From: Parcubacteria group bacterium LiPW_41
GTDB taxonomy: Bacteria > Patescibacteriota > Minisyncoccia > UBA6257 > GWB1-50-10
Length of the DNA: 37,461 nt
Assembly: GCA_007375535.1 (NCBI GenBank)
Contig: VMEM01000001.1
Span: 1 to 37,461 of the forward strand
Direction: 5' to 3'
Made by a program: the position numbers and the translations under genes. Positions 1 to 8,771 of this stretch are shown here, in pieces. Under the pieces are notes generated by a model. The model was not told where the DNA came from, did not search any database, and worked only from the letters and a program-made list of their open reading frames with translations. Numbering within the stretch: the first letter of the stretch is position 1; every line of letters begins with the position of its first letter.

Positions 1-407
1 TTCACGTTCTGCCCTCCTGGACCACCCGCACGACAAAATGTTACCTCTAAATCTCCATCACGAACCTCAACCGCTTTCGCTTCAACAATTGGAAGCACCG
101 CAACTGACGCAGTAGAAGTGTGAATTCTTCCCTGCCTTTCTGTTGATGGAACGCGTTGTACTCGATGCACTCCTGATTCGTTTTTAAATGCTTCATATGC
201 TCCTTGCCCTTTAATTTCGGCAACGAGTGTTTTATATCCTTTTGCGCCTGATTCTGATGCATCAACAATAGAAAAATTCCATCCTTTTTTAAGGGCATAT
301 TTTTGATACATACGCACCAAGTCACCAGCAAATAATGATGCCTCGTCTCCCCCCGCTCCCGCACGAACCTCCATAACTATTTTATTTACATTTTGTACAT
401 CAGCCAT
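1..407 (-). CDS. prfA: Peptide chain release factor 1, N-terminally short form; partial, runs off the window start
   Basis: Not in the ORF track. Manual translation from ATG 407 gives MADVQNVNKIVMEVRAGAGGDEASLFAGDL...ESGVHRVQRVPSTERQGRIHTSTASVAVLP...RAGGPGGQNV, with an RF1-type PxT motif and the catalytic GGQ. In-frame TAG upstream at 422-420. Confidence 0.93.
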   Translation of the reverse strand, partial: MADVQNVNKIVMEVRAGAGGDEASLFAGDLVRMYQKYALKKGWNFSIVDASESGAKGYKTLVAEIKGQGAYEAFKNESGVHRVQRVPSTERQGRIHTSTASVAVLPIVEAKAVEVRDGDLEVTFCRAGGPGGQNV

Positions 408-477
408 ATCGTTCTTAATCTACCAACAAAACAACTTATAGACAAGCTTTAAATATATTTGATGTTATAATTTGTTC

Positions 478-909
478 ATGTCAGATCGCCCAACATTTCC
501 TATAGGAATAAACATTTTTGTTATTAGAGACGGGAAATTGTTATTCGGTAAACGCAAAGGCAGCGGCGGTGAAGGTATGTGGGGTCTCCCTGGCGGACAC
601 TTGGAGATGAAAGAAAATATGATTGATGCTGCTGCTCGAGAGCTCAAAGAAGAAACCTCTCTCGAATGTACAAATTTTTCATTTACTAATATTGTGAATG
701 ACAACGGCCCCGACAATGTGCGTCACTATATTCAAGTAGGGTTTATTGCTGAAAACTTTTCTGGTGAGGTTAAGATCATGGAACCGGAATATTGTTCCGA
801 ATGGCGCTGGTTTCCGCTCAATTCACTTCCAGAAAATATATTTTTTGCCCACACAAAACAAATAGAATTATTTATTAAGAAACAACAATTTGGAGATAAT
901 GCATCTTAA
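478..909 (+). CDS. Nudix hydrolase (MutT/NUDT15-like)
   Basis: Nudix box in WGLPGGHLEMKENMIDAAARELKEETSL. Start moved to ATG 478, 6 nt after TATAAT. Confidence 0.92.
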   Translation: MSDRPTFPIGINIFVIRDGKLLFGKRKGSGGEGMWGLPGGHLEMKENMIDAAARELKEETSLECTNFSFTNIVNDNGPDNVRHYIQVGFIAENFSGEVKIMEPEYCSEWRWFPLNSLPENIFFAHTKQIELFIKKQQFGDNAS

Positions 910-918
910 AAAATAAAA

Positions 919-938
919 ACTCCCGCAATAGCGGGAGT
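919..938. terminator. Hairpin between convergent genes, probable bidirectional terminator
   Basis: ACTCCCGC-AATA-GCGGGAGT preceded by an A-tract. Confidence 0.75.
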
Positions 939-944
939 AATATA

Positions 945-1286
945 TTAAGATCTTAAGACTAAACACACGACATACATCATAAGTGTACCTGGAACTGCAA
1001 AGAACATTCCACCAAATGTTAGAATCATAAAAAATCTAAAGAAAATTTTCCTTTTTTGTCTAACGAGAAAGTAAGACAAAGAAAGAAGGCTTCCTAAAAA
1101 AATCAATGAAATACCACCAAGTAATGTAGTTGAAGGAAGTGATCCAAAGCTCAACATGTCATAATTCTTGAGATTCAAAGCATATAACGTTCCCCCAAGT
1201 ACAAAACAGCAGAATAAAATAAGAAGATGATATACGTAAAAAACTTTTTTATCTAGACCTTCCTGTCCCCAAAAACCATATTTCAT
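945..1286 (-). CDS. Hypothetical membrane protein (about 3 TM segments)
   Basis: Three hydrophobic stretches; ATGA overlap with the upstream ORF. Confidence 0.7.
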   Translation of the reverse strand: MKYGFWGQEGLDKKVFYVYHLLILFCCFVLGGTLYALNLKNYDMLSFGSLPSTTLLGGISLIFLGSLLSLSYFLVRQKRKIFFRFFMILTFGGMFFAVPGTLMMYVVCLVLRS

Positions 1287-1741
1287 TTCTCACCCCCTCT
1301 CTTTTTTTTCGCTTCCATTTCATCTTCAAGTACCTTTTTTATTTTTTGTGTTTCTTCAAGAAGAATCCCCCGCTTTGCATATTCGTATTCAAACGTTCCC
1401 TTCTTAAACAAAAAACTCTTTGCAATAATTAGGTCTTGCTTCGAAAAATCAAAGAGTCCTTGAGGAGAATAAACACCGACACTGTCAGTGTTCGCCGAAT
1501 CAACCAAAACAAAAGATTCTTCAATAAATAGAAGATCATTTTTTTCAATCTTTCCAATCGAGGAACTATCCAATCTTATCCATTGAATTCCGCCCTTTTC
1601 TATATCCTTCATTTCGCTTTTTATCTCTTTCTCCAAATCACACGCCTGCTGGTATGGTGTTTTGTATGTTAGAAATAAATACAAAAATCCGAAAACAATC
1701 GCACCAAGAATTAACCAAGTGACATTATTTTTTGAATTCAT
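1283..1741 (-). CDS. Hypothetical protein with N-terminal membrane anchor
   Basis: N-terminal TM segment WLILGAIVFGFLYLFL; SD-like AAGGAG upstream of the ATG. Confidence 0.72.
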   Translation of the reverse strand: MNSKNNVTWLILGAIVFGFLYLFLTYKTPYQQACDLEKEIKSEMKDIEKGGIQWIRLDSSSIGKIEKNDLLFIEESFVLVDSANTDSVGVYSPQGLFDFSKQDLIIAKSFLFKKGTFEYEYAKRGILLEETQKIKKVLEDEMEAKKKRGGEK

Positions 1742-1827
1742 TTTCTCTCCTTTTTAAGTTGTGAATGATGAAACTATAATAAACCAAATCTTTGATTTAG
1801 TCAATTTATATGCTGTTTTTTGAGACA

Positions 1828-3084
1828 CTACAACACCTCTTCAATGCGAAGTAGCTGGTTATATTTTGCAACACGTTCACTACGCGAAAGCGATCCTGTT
1901 TTTATGAAGTCAGCTCCAATTCCTACCGCAAGATCCGCAATAGTTGTATCCTCTGTTTCCCCAGAACGATGAGAAATAATAATTTTATATCCAGCATCCC
2001 GCGCGACACGAATTGTTTCAAATGTCTCAGTAACTGTTCCGATCTGATTCAATTTTATAAGTATTGCATTTGCTACTTTCTTTTCTATTCCTCTTTTTAA
2101 ACGCTTCTCGTTGGTGACAAATAAATCATCTCCAACAATTTGTATCTCTTGCCCCATCTTCTTTGTAAATGCCTCATACCCATCCCAATCATCTTCTGCA
2201 AGTCCATCTTCAATTGAAATAAGTGGATACTTCTTTTTCCATTCTGAATAAAGTTCAATTAACTCTGCGCTCGTAAACGATTTCTTTTCAGAATCAAACG
2301 TATAAATAGTATTTGAGAATAATTCAGACGCCGCAACATCGATTGCAAGTGAAACATCTTTTCCTGAAACGTAACCCGCGCGCTCAATCGCTAAAACAAG
2401 AAGTCGCAATGCCTCTTCATTTGAAGGAAGTGAGACCGAGAATCCCCCCTCGTCTCCCACAGCAGTTGAAAACCCCTTTTCTGCAAGAATTGATTTTAAT
2501 GCATAAAATATTTCTGATCCGCAACGCAACGATTCTCTGTATGTACGAATTCCATTTGGAACAATCATAAATTCCTGTATATCAGTTGATTGCATCGAAT
2601 GCTTTCCTCCATTCAACACATTCATCATTGGAATTGGCATTTTCTTCTCGCTATAAAATGGTGCAATCTCATTAAAGTATTCAAATAATGGAATTCCATG
2701 TGCAAGTGCCGAAGCATGAGCAAACGCAAGAGAAACACCAAGAATGGCATTTGCACCCAATCGTTCTTTTTGTTCGGTACCATCAAGCGCACATAATGTT
2801 TTATCAAGTGTCCCCTGGTTCCATTCTCTTCCTACGAGTGCAAGTCGTAACTCACTATTGATGGAATGAATGCAATTCAAAACCCCCTTTCCGTTATATC
2901 GCTTATTATCTCCGTCTCTCAATTCATGCGCCTCGTAACTTCCTGTTGATGCTCCAGAAGGAACGGAAGCCCTCCCAATAAATCCACCACTGATTGTTAG
3001 TTCAACTTCAACTGTTGGAACGCCACGCGAATCAAGTATTTCACGCGCATACATCTTCTCAATAGTCCGCATCGTTATCTCCAT
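1828..3084 (-). CDS. eno: Enolase (phosphopyruvate hydratase)
   Basis: Motifs AREILDSRG.PTVEV, VPSGASTG, VGDEGG, VGDDLFVTN, SHRSGETED, IKTGSLSRSERVAKYNQLLRIEE. Start is at 3084 or 3072. Confidence 0.98.
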   Translation of the reverse strand: MEITMRTIEKMYAREILDSRGVPTVEVELTISGGFIGRASVPSGASTGSYEAHELRDGDNKRYNGKGVLNCIHSINSELRLALVGREWNQGTLDKTLCALDGTEQKERLGANAILGVSLAFAHASALAHGIPLFEYFNEIAPFYSEKKMPIPMMNVLNGGKHSMQSTDIQEFMIVPNGIRTYRESLRCGSEIFYALKSILAEKGFSTAVGDEGGFSVSLPSNEEALRLLVLAIERAGYVSGKDVSLAIDVAASELFSNTIYTFDSEKKSFTSAELIELYSEWKKKYPLISIEDGLAEDDWDGYEAFTKKMGQEIQIVGDDLFVTNEKRLKRGIEKKVANAILIKLNQIGTVTETFETIRVARDAGYKIIISHRSGETEDTTIADLAVGIGADFIKTGSLSRSERVAKYNQLLRIEEVL

Positions 3085-3154
3085 AATAAATATATTATAC
3101 ACGTGAATTACTAATATTTAAAAAGGTCGAAAAAAGAAGTATAATATGCGCGAT

Positions 3155-5278
3155 ATGACCTCAAGAAGTAAAAACTTGTCTGACATCCGAGGCATACAAA
3201 CACGTTTTCTTCCAAAGCTAAAAAAACTAGGAATAGAAACAGTAAAAGATTTACTTCTCTATATTCCAATCCGATATGAAGATTTTTCAAAAATTTACAC
3301 CATTGAAGATCTCATTCCAAATCAGGAAGCAACTATAACAGCGGAGGTGCTTTCAATCCAATCACGCAACACGTGGAAAAGAAATTTGTATTTAGTTGAA
3401 GCAGAGCTTCAAGATACCACCGGCACCATTCGAGCAACGTGGTTCAATCAGCCATACATAAAAAATATCTTAGCCCCAGGCCGTCGTGCCAATTTTGCGG
3501 GGAAAGTAACTCAATCAAAGAAGACAGGAGAAATATATCTATCAAATCCCACCTATGAACTTGTAAGTGAACACATGAATCACGAGACAAGGCACACTGG
3601 ACGCATTATCCCTATCTATAAAGAAACAAAAGGCCTCACTTCAAAAGGCATCCGCTTTCTCATCCAGCCAGCACTCAAAGAAGAAATTGATATTCCTGAT
3701 ATTATTCCAAACTCAATACAAAAAACACTTGAGCTTCCCGACGTCCAAACTGCAATACAAACAGTTCACTTCCCAGACACAATCGAGGACGCACTTTCTG
3801 CAAAACGTCGCTTTGCATTTGAAGATTTGTTTTTACTCCAAATCGTAACACTAAGAGAACGAATGAAAATTGCCGCAAAAAAGGCACACTCAATTCAAAC
3901 CGATATTTCTTTTATTAAATCTCTTCTTGAAACACTTCCCTTTGAACTTACTGAATCACAAAAACGATCATTGTGGGAAATCATTAAAGATATAGAACGC
4001 GAATTCCCAATGAATCGACTTCTCGAGGGAGATGTTGGTTCGGGAAAAACAGTTATCGCGGGAATTGCAGCACTTGCAACATCTAAATCAGGATTTCAGT
4101 CCGTGCTTATGGCACCAACCGAAATTCTCGCCCAGCAACATTACCGAACACTCACAACACTTTTCAAAGAACAGGAGGTAAACATTCTTTTGCTCACAGG
4201 AAGCGAAGCGCGTATGCGATATGATTCAGATCTTGAATCTATACTCACAAAATCTGAAGCAAAAAAAGCAATTGAAAATGGATCGGCATCAATTATTATC
4301 GGCACACATGCACTTATCCAAAAAGGAATAACATTCAAACACCTCGCACTCGTCATTGTTGATGAGCAACACAGATTTGGGGTTGAACAACGAGCAACAC
4401 TTGAACGTGAAAAAACATTTGCGCCACATTTTCTTTCAATGACCGCAACACCAATCCCCCGAACGCTCTCACTCACCTTGTTTGGAGATTTGGATATCTC
4501 GCTCATTACCGAACTCCCAAAAAATAGGAAACCAATTATTACAAAAGCAATTCCAGACACAGAGCGAACAACCGCATACAATCAAATTCGAGCAGAAATA
4601 AAAAAAGGAAGACAAGCATTCGTTATCTGCCCTCGCATCAAACCAACTGAAACTGAAGGACCACTCTCTGCGCGTGAAGAGCAAATGCTCTCCATAAAAA
4701 CGGTAACGGAAGAATATGAAAAACTCTCAAAACACGTTTTCAAAGAGTTCGCCGTAGGAATGGTACACGGGAAACTCACACCAAAAGAAAAAGAACAGAT
4801 AATGAAATCATTTGCAAAAAATGAGATACAAATTCTTATTGCAACTTCAGTGGTTGAGGTGGGTGTCGACATTCCTAATGCAACCATAATGATGATTGAG
4901 GGGGCCGATCGATTTGGACTTGCACAACTTCACCAATTTAGGGGACGAGTAGGACGAGCAGAACATCAGTCATATTGTTTTCTATTTTCTCAAGGAAATT
5001 CCGACGCAACAAAAAAACGATTAAAAGCAATAGTCGAGGCAAAAAATGGATTTGAACTTGCAGAATATGATCTTCGTCTACGTGGACCTGGAGAATTTTT
5101 GGGAACCTCACAAACAGGAATGCCTGACATTGCAATGAAAGCAATTCAAAATCCAGACCTAGTAAAAGAGGCCCGAACACTCGCATACAAAACACTTAAA
5201 TCAAACCCAACACTCTCCGAAAATTCAGCACTAAAAGAACGCCTCATTCAATTTGAAAAAGAAATCCACTTTGAATAA
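3155..5278 (+). CDS. recG: ATP-dependent DNA helicase RecG
   Basis: Wedge/OB region; RLLEGDVGSGKT, MAPTEILAQQH, VDEQHRFGV, MTATPIPRTL, QLHQFRGRVGR, DLRLRGPGE. Start is at 3146 or 3155. Confidence 0.97.
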   Translation: MTSRSKNLSDIRGIQTRFLPKLKKLGIETVKDLLLYIPIRYEDFSKIYTIEDLIPNQEATITAEVLSIQSRNTWKRNLYLVEAELQDTTGTIRATWFNQPYIKNILAPGRRANFAGKVTQSKKTGEIYLSNPTYELVSEHMNHETRHTGRIIPIYKETKGLTSKGIRFLIQPALKEEIDIPDIIPNSIQKTLELPDVQTAIQTVHFPDTIEDALSAKRRFAFEDLFLLQIVTLRERMKIAAKKAHSIQTDISFIKSLLETLPFELTESQKRSLWEIIKDIEREFPMNRLLEGDVGSGKTVIAGIAALATSKSGFQSVLMAPTEILAQQHYRTLTTLFKEQEVNILLLTGSEARMRYDSDLESILTKSEAKKAIENGSASIIIGTHALIQKGITFKHLALVIVDEQHRFGVEQRATLEREKTFAPHFLSMTATPIPRTLSLTLFGDLDISLITELPKNRKPIITKAIPDTERTTAYNQIRAEIKKGRQAFVICPRIKPTETEGPLSAREEQMLSIKTVTEEYEKLSKHVFKEFAVGMVHGKLTPKEKEQIMKSFAKNEIQILIATSVVEVGVDIPNATIMMIEGADRFGLAQLHQFRGRVGRAEHQSYCFLFSQGNSDATKKRLKAIVEAKNGFELAEYDLRLRGPGEFLGTSQTGMPDIAMKAIQNPDLVKEARTLAYKTLKSNPTLSENSALKERLIQFEKEIHFE

Positions 5279-5308
5279 ATCCCGCTAGTCCATGGACTAG
5301 CGGGATTT
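5277..5308. repeat. Perfect 32-bp palindrome; REP-like family member and probable bidirectional terminator
   Basis: AAATCCCGCTAGTCCA|TGGACTAGCGGGATTT between convergent recG and pheT. Confidence 0.85.
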
Positions 5309-5310
5309 TA

Positions 5311-7281
5311 TTATCTCATCTTTACTCCAAATCGTTTCTGTAAAATCTGAATTATTTCTTTCATTATCTCATCAACTTCTTCCCCTTTTAAGGTTCTCTC
5401 CTCTGACTGAAAAATAATTCGAAGTGTTATGCTCTGCAAGTTAGCCCACTTTTCATCAACATATTCATCAAGTAAATCAACATCTTTTATAAGTGAGTTC
5501 GAAAGGATTATCTCTTCGATAAGCTCTCCAATGCGGACATCAAGATTGGTGAACATCGAGACATCCCGAACTACCGATGGAAACTTTTCAATCTCTCTAT
5601 ATCCAAACGATCCCCCTTGTACAGAAAGAAGTGCATTTAAATCTAACTCAATAAATGATACGTTCGATCGATTAAAACCAAGGAACCCAATTATCTTTTT
5701 CCCCGATTCAATTTGCAACGCTTTCTCAAAAAAGAATGTTTGTGATTTTGATTTAACTTCAGCCATTTTAAAATCAGAAATACCCATTCCTTTTAATATA
5801 AAATCTGTAATTCCTTTTATTTCAGAGAATGTTTCTCCATTCTTTCTTCCAATAACAATTCCTGCGTGAAGAGATTCAGAATACTCACCCTTCTCTGTTT
5901 TTATAAATACATCCCCAACTTCAAACGCGCGAACTTCATCATAAAATCTAAAATTATCTTCAACATTTTTTGAGAGTCCTAACAATAACGATGGACGAAG
6001 ATATTGTGACTCTGCGCTTGGTGGATTTATAAGTGAAATTGCCTCACCTTGATACGTAAGCCCAAGCTCAAGCACATCACGAGAAATAAACGAGTGATTG
6101 TACACCTCATTACACCCAAACGCCCGCAATATCCCACGAATTTTTTCTTTTGCGATAACACTCTGATTTTCTTCTGGAGAAAGTAGAGATGTCCTTGGAG
6201 CCACTACAGGAATATTTTGGTACCCGACAATACGAGCGACCTCCTCCGCTAAATCCTCTGGAGTCTCAATATCAGTGCGAAGTGCTGGAACTTCCCATAA
6301 ATTCTTTTTTGTATTTTTAAATCCAAGTCGAACCAAACATGTTGCCGCCTCTTTTTCTGAGAGCTTCGTTCCAAGTAACTCATTACATTTTGAAATATCA
6401 AATGCAAGAATTTTCTTCTGAATTTTATGCGTAAGAGAGTCAAATCTATCCCCTACTTTTGCTTTTGCGATTTCCTTCAATAAAAATGCGGCACGTGAAA
6501 GTGCAATTGCAGGTAGTTCAATGCTAAGTGTATGAACAAATCGTTGTGATGCATCTGTCGAAAGATTTATTTTTTTTGTTGTTTTATAAATTGATACTGG
6601 GTTGAAATTCGCTGCTTCTACAATAATCCTTCGGGTATTTGAAGAAACCTCACACCCAATACCACCTTTTATTCCTGCAATAACAAGAGGTTTCTCACTA
6701 TCAGCAATGAGTCCAATTGATGGATCGAGTGAATAACGAATCGCATCAAGAGAAACCAATTCTTCTCCCTTCTTTGCGCTACGTATGTTGATAACGGGTT
6801 TTTTCTTCGGAGACAGAAGATCATAATCAAACGCATGCATTGGTTGCCCCGTTTCCATCATTACATAGTTCATTACATCAACCACATTATTTATTGGGCG
6901 CATTCCTGCAGAAACAAGTGCATCTTTGAGCCATTTTGGTGATTCCTTAATCATCAACTCATCAAAATATTGCGCACAGTAGCGAGGACAAAATTCTTTG
7001 TTTTCAGCTCTCACACTAAATTGCTTTGGTGTTTTTGTAACTTTTGATTCAAGAAGTTTAACTTCTTTTACTTTTTTTGAATTCAAAATCGCAGAAAGTT
7101 CTTTTGCAATTCCAATGTAGGAACCCGCATCAGAATATCGATTTGGTGGAAGCTTTACCTCAATAAGCGCTCCCCCAGCATCTTCTGCTTCAAACGCATA
7201 CATCGAAAGTAAATCAATAACCTGTGATTTAGTTTTGATTTCTGGCAAAAAAGTTTTTAGAACTGGAAATGAAAGTTTCAT
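5311..7281 (-). CDS. pheT: Phenylalanine-tRNA ligase beta subunit (short form)
   Basis: PNR.D, RPINNVVDVMNYVM.ETGQPMHAFD, R.DIETPEDLAEEVARIVGY, C-terminal FP...RD anticodon-binding domain; directly downstream of pheS. Confidence 0.96.
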   Translation of the reverse strand: MKLSFPVLKTFLPEIKTKSQVIDLLSMYAFEAEDAGGALIEVKLPPNRYSDAGSYIGIAKELSAILNSKKVKEVKLLESKVTKTPKQFSVRAENKEFCPRYCAQYFDELMIKESPKWLKDALVSAGMRPINNVVDVMNYVMMETGQPMHAFDYDLLSPKKKPVINIRSAKKGEELVSLDAIRYSLDPSIGLIADSEKPLVIAGIKGGIGCEVSSNTRRIIVEAANFNPVSIYKTTKKINLSTDASQRFVHTLSIELPAIALSRAAFLLKEIAKAKVGDRFDSLTHKIQKKILAFDISKCNELLGTKLSEKEAATCLVRLGFKNTKKNLWEVPALRTDIETPEDLAEEVARIVGYQNIPVVAPRTSLLSPEENQSVIAKEKIRGILRAFGCNEVYNHSFISRDVLELGLTYQGEAISLINPPSAESQYLRPSLLLGLSKNVEDNFRFYDEVRAFEVGDVFIKTEKGEYSESLHAGIVIGRKNGETFSEIKGITDFILKGMGISDFKMAEVKSKSQTFFFEKALQIESGKKIIGFLGFNRSNVSFIELDLNALLSVQGGSFGYREIEKFPSVVRDVSMFTNLDVRIGELIEEIILSNSLIKDVDLLDEYVDEKWANLQSITLRIIFQSEERTLKGEEVDEIMKEIIQILQKRFGVKMR

Positions 7282-7286
7282 ATATA

Positions 7287-8276
7287 TTATCTGAAATTTT
7301 TTGTAAATCGGACGTCACCTGAATAAAACAATCGAATATCGGGAACTCCATACTTTATCATCGCAAGACGATCAAGCCCCATACCAAATGCAAATCCCTG
7401 AACTTGGGTATGATTGTATTTCACCCCATCAAATACATTTCGGTGTACCATTCCAGCACCCATAACTTCCAACCACTTCCCCCCCTTAAGACGAATGTCT
7501 ACCTCAATTCCTGGTTCAACAAACGGGAAATAACTTGGACGATAACGAAATTCAATTTTTTGTTTAAAGAATTTTTTGAAAAATGTCTCAATGATAAATT
7601 TTAAATTCGCGAGCGTAATATCTGGACCAACCATCAATCCCTCAATTTGATAGAAATTTATCTCATGTGAAGCATCAGTTGCTTCATATCGAAAACAGCG
7701 TCCAGGAACAATAATTTGAAATGGCGGGTTGTGTGATTCCATATAACGCGCTTGCACAGGACTTGTGTGTGTCCGCATAAGCAATCCATTTGTCCCTTCT
7801 TTTTTCACCCATAACGTATCCCACATATCTCGCGCAGAATGTCCCGCAGGAATATTCAATTTATCAAAATTATATGTCTCTTTCTCAAGCTCTGGACCCT
7901 CGACAATAGTAAAGTTCAATGACGAAAATATAGTTCGAACTTCTTTATCTACTTTTGTAAGTGGGTGAAGATGACCAGAAGCAATTCTCTTTCCTGGTTT
8001 TGTTACATCAAATCTATTTTTTTTCTCCTCTTCGCTCCTTTTTATTTTTTCTATCTTTTCTTCAAGTTCGTGTTCAAGAAGTTGGTGCAATTCGTTTGCC
8101 GCTGTTCCAATGGTCCTCTTTTCTTCTACCGACATATCCTTAAGAGACTTTAAAACCTCAATAAGCTTCCCCTCTTTTCGTCCTAAGTATTTTATCCGCA
8201 CTTTCTCACACGCCTCCTGTGTTGATGCTTCTTTTATTTCCTTTATTGCTTCAATTCGTAGTTGTTCAACGCTCAT
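7287..8276 (-). CDS. pheS: Phenylalanine-tRNA ligase alpha subunit
   Basis: GHLHP, NFDKLNIP..HSARD, RTHTSPVQAR, RPSYFPFVEP, GFAFGMGLDR. Likely start MSVEQ at 8276; the ORF track starts at 8294. Confidence 0.97.
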   Translation of the reverse strand: MSVEQLRIEAIKEIKEASTQEACEKVRIKYLGRKEGKLIEVLKSLKDMSVEEKRTIGTAANELHQLLEHELEEKIEKIKRSEEEKKNRFDVTKPGKRIASGHLHPLTKVDKEVRTIFSSLNFTIVEGPELEKETYNFDKLNIPAGHSARDMWDTLWVKKEGTNGLLMRTHTSPVQARYMESHNPPFQIIVPGRCFRYEATDASHEINFYQIEGLMVGPDITLANLKFIIETFFKKFFKQKIEFRYRPSYFPFVEPGIEVDIRLKGGKWLEVMGAGMVHRNVFDGVKYNHTQVQGFAFGMGLDRLAMIKYGVPDIRLFYSGDVRFTKNFR

Positions 8277-8346
8277 ATAATCTATTCTTCCCATTATATC
8301 CCGAAATATCGAGAGAGAAAAGTTTCTTGCAGAGGTCTATCCATTC

Positions 8347-8355
8347 TGGTACTAT
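8347..8355 (+). promoter_or_regulatory. Putative extended -10 promoter for the initiator tRNA
   Basis: TGGTACTAT (TGn + TACTAT) ends 5 nt before tRNA position 1. Confidence 0.5.
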
Positions 8356-8360
8356 GCATC

Positions 8361-8432
8361 TGCGGGAGAGAGCGGTGGTTGCTCGTCAGGCTCATAACCT
8401 GAAGGCCGTTGGTTCGAATCCAACTCCCGCAA
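8361..8432 (+). tRNA. tRNA-Met(CAU), initiator-like; no encoded CCA
   Basis: Cloverleaf TGCGGGA/TCCCGCA, D stem GAGC/GCTC (A11-U24 initiator signature), anticodon arm TCAGG-CTCATAA-CCTGA, T arm GTTGG-TTCGAAT-CCAAC. Confidence 0.93.
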
Positions 8433-8585
8433 CAAGTTGTGGTTATAAACCAACTGCTTGGTTTATAAGTTGGTTCGAAGGGCGGAGCGTTGTGCGAGTA
8501 GTAACGAGCACCGCGAGCCCGGGCTCGAAACAATTGCGAGCGACGGCGAGCAATTAGTCGAGAGGAATCCAACTCCCGCAACAAG
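8433..8585 (+). mobile_element. tRNA-linked structured mini-element 1
   Basis: 21-bp direct repeat of the tRNA 3' end and trailer (8416-8436 = 8565-8585); core homologous to 10144-10229. Mobility is inferred, not shown. Confidence 0.7.
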
Positions 8586-8587
8586 AC

Positions 8588-8609
8588 AAAAACCATTAAA
8601 TGGTTTTTT
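8588..8609 (+). terminator. Weak hairpin plus T-tract after element 1
   Basis: AAAAACCA-TTAAA-TGGTTTTTT. Confidence 0.5.
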
Positions 8610-8697
8610 CTATTTTTGAGGACTAGGATAGCGAATCAAGGCAATAATTTGGTATAAACTTGGCGAATTAAGTAAAATAATATATAAATGAATAAAC

Positions 8698-8771
8698 GGC
8701 AGGGTAGCTCAGCTGGTTAGAGCGTGGGACTCATAAGCCCAAGGTCGTGGGTTCGACCCCCACCCCTGCTA
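8698..8771 (+). tRNA. tRNA with CAU anticodon, probably elongator Met (Ile2 not excluded); no encoded CCA
   Basis: GGCAGGG/CCCTGCT acceptor stem, GCTC/GAGC D stem, TGGGA-CTCATAA-GCCCA, GTGGG-TTCGACC-CCCAC. Confidence 0.93.

Noticed and set aside
47-364. 105-aa ORF from the track
   Set aside because: Alternate frame of prfA; the true frame has the RF1 motifs.
1283-1286. Alternative genetic code (UGA = Gly) as in some CPR lineages
   Set aside because: Conserved genes translate full length under code 11, and TGA appears in a normal ATGA stop/start overlap.
3121-3136. A-tract-flanked GTCGAAA motif, also upstream of the major pilin on the minus strand near 20225-20239
   Set aside because: Only two short instances; too little to call a regulatory site.
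4141-5869. Long antisense ORFs within recG and pheT, and similar ones within eno, gatA, ligA, pilB and the adhesin
   Set aside because: Shadow frames of well-supported genes with no independent motifs.
8433-8585. tRNA intron, split or permuted tRNA
   Set aside because: Each tRNA is complete and contiguous before the insert; only the 3' end is duplicated, and I see no group I/II intron core.
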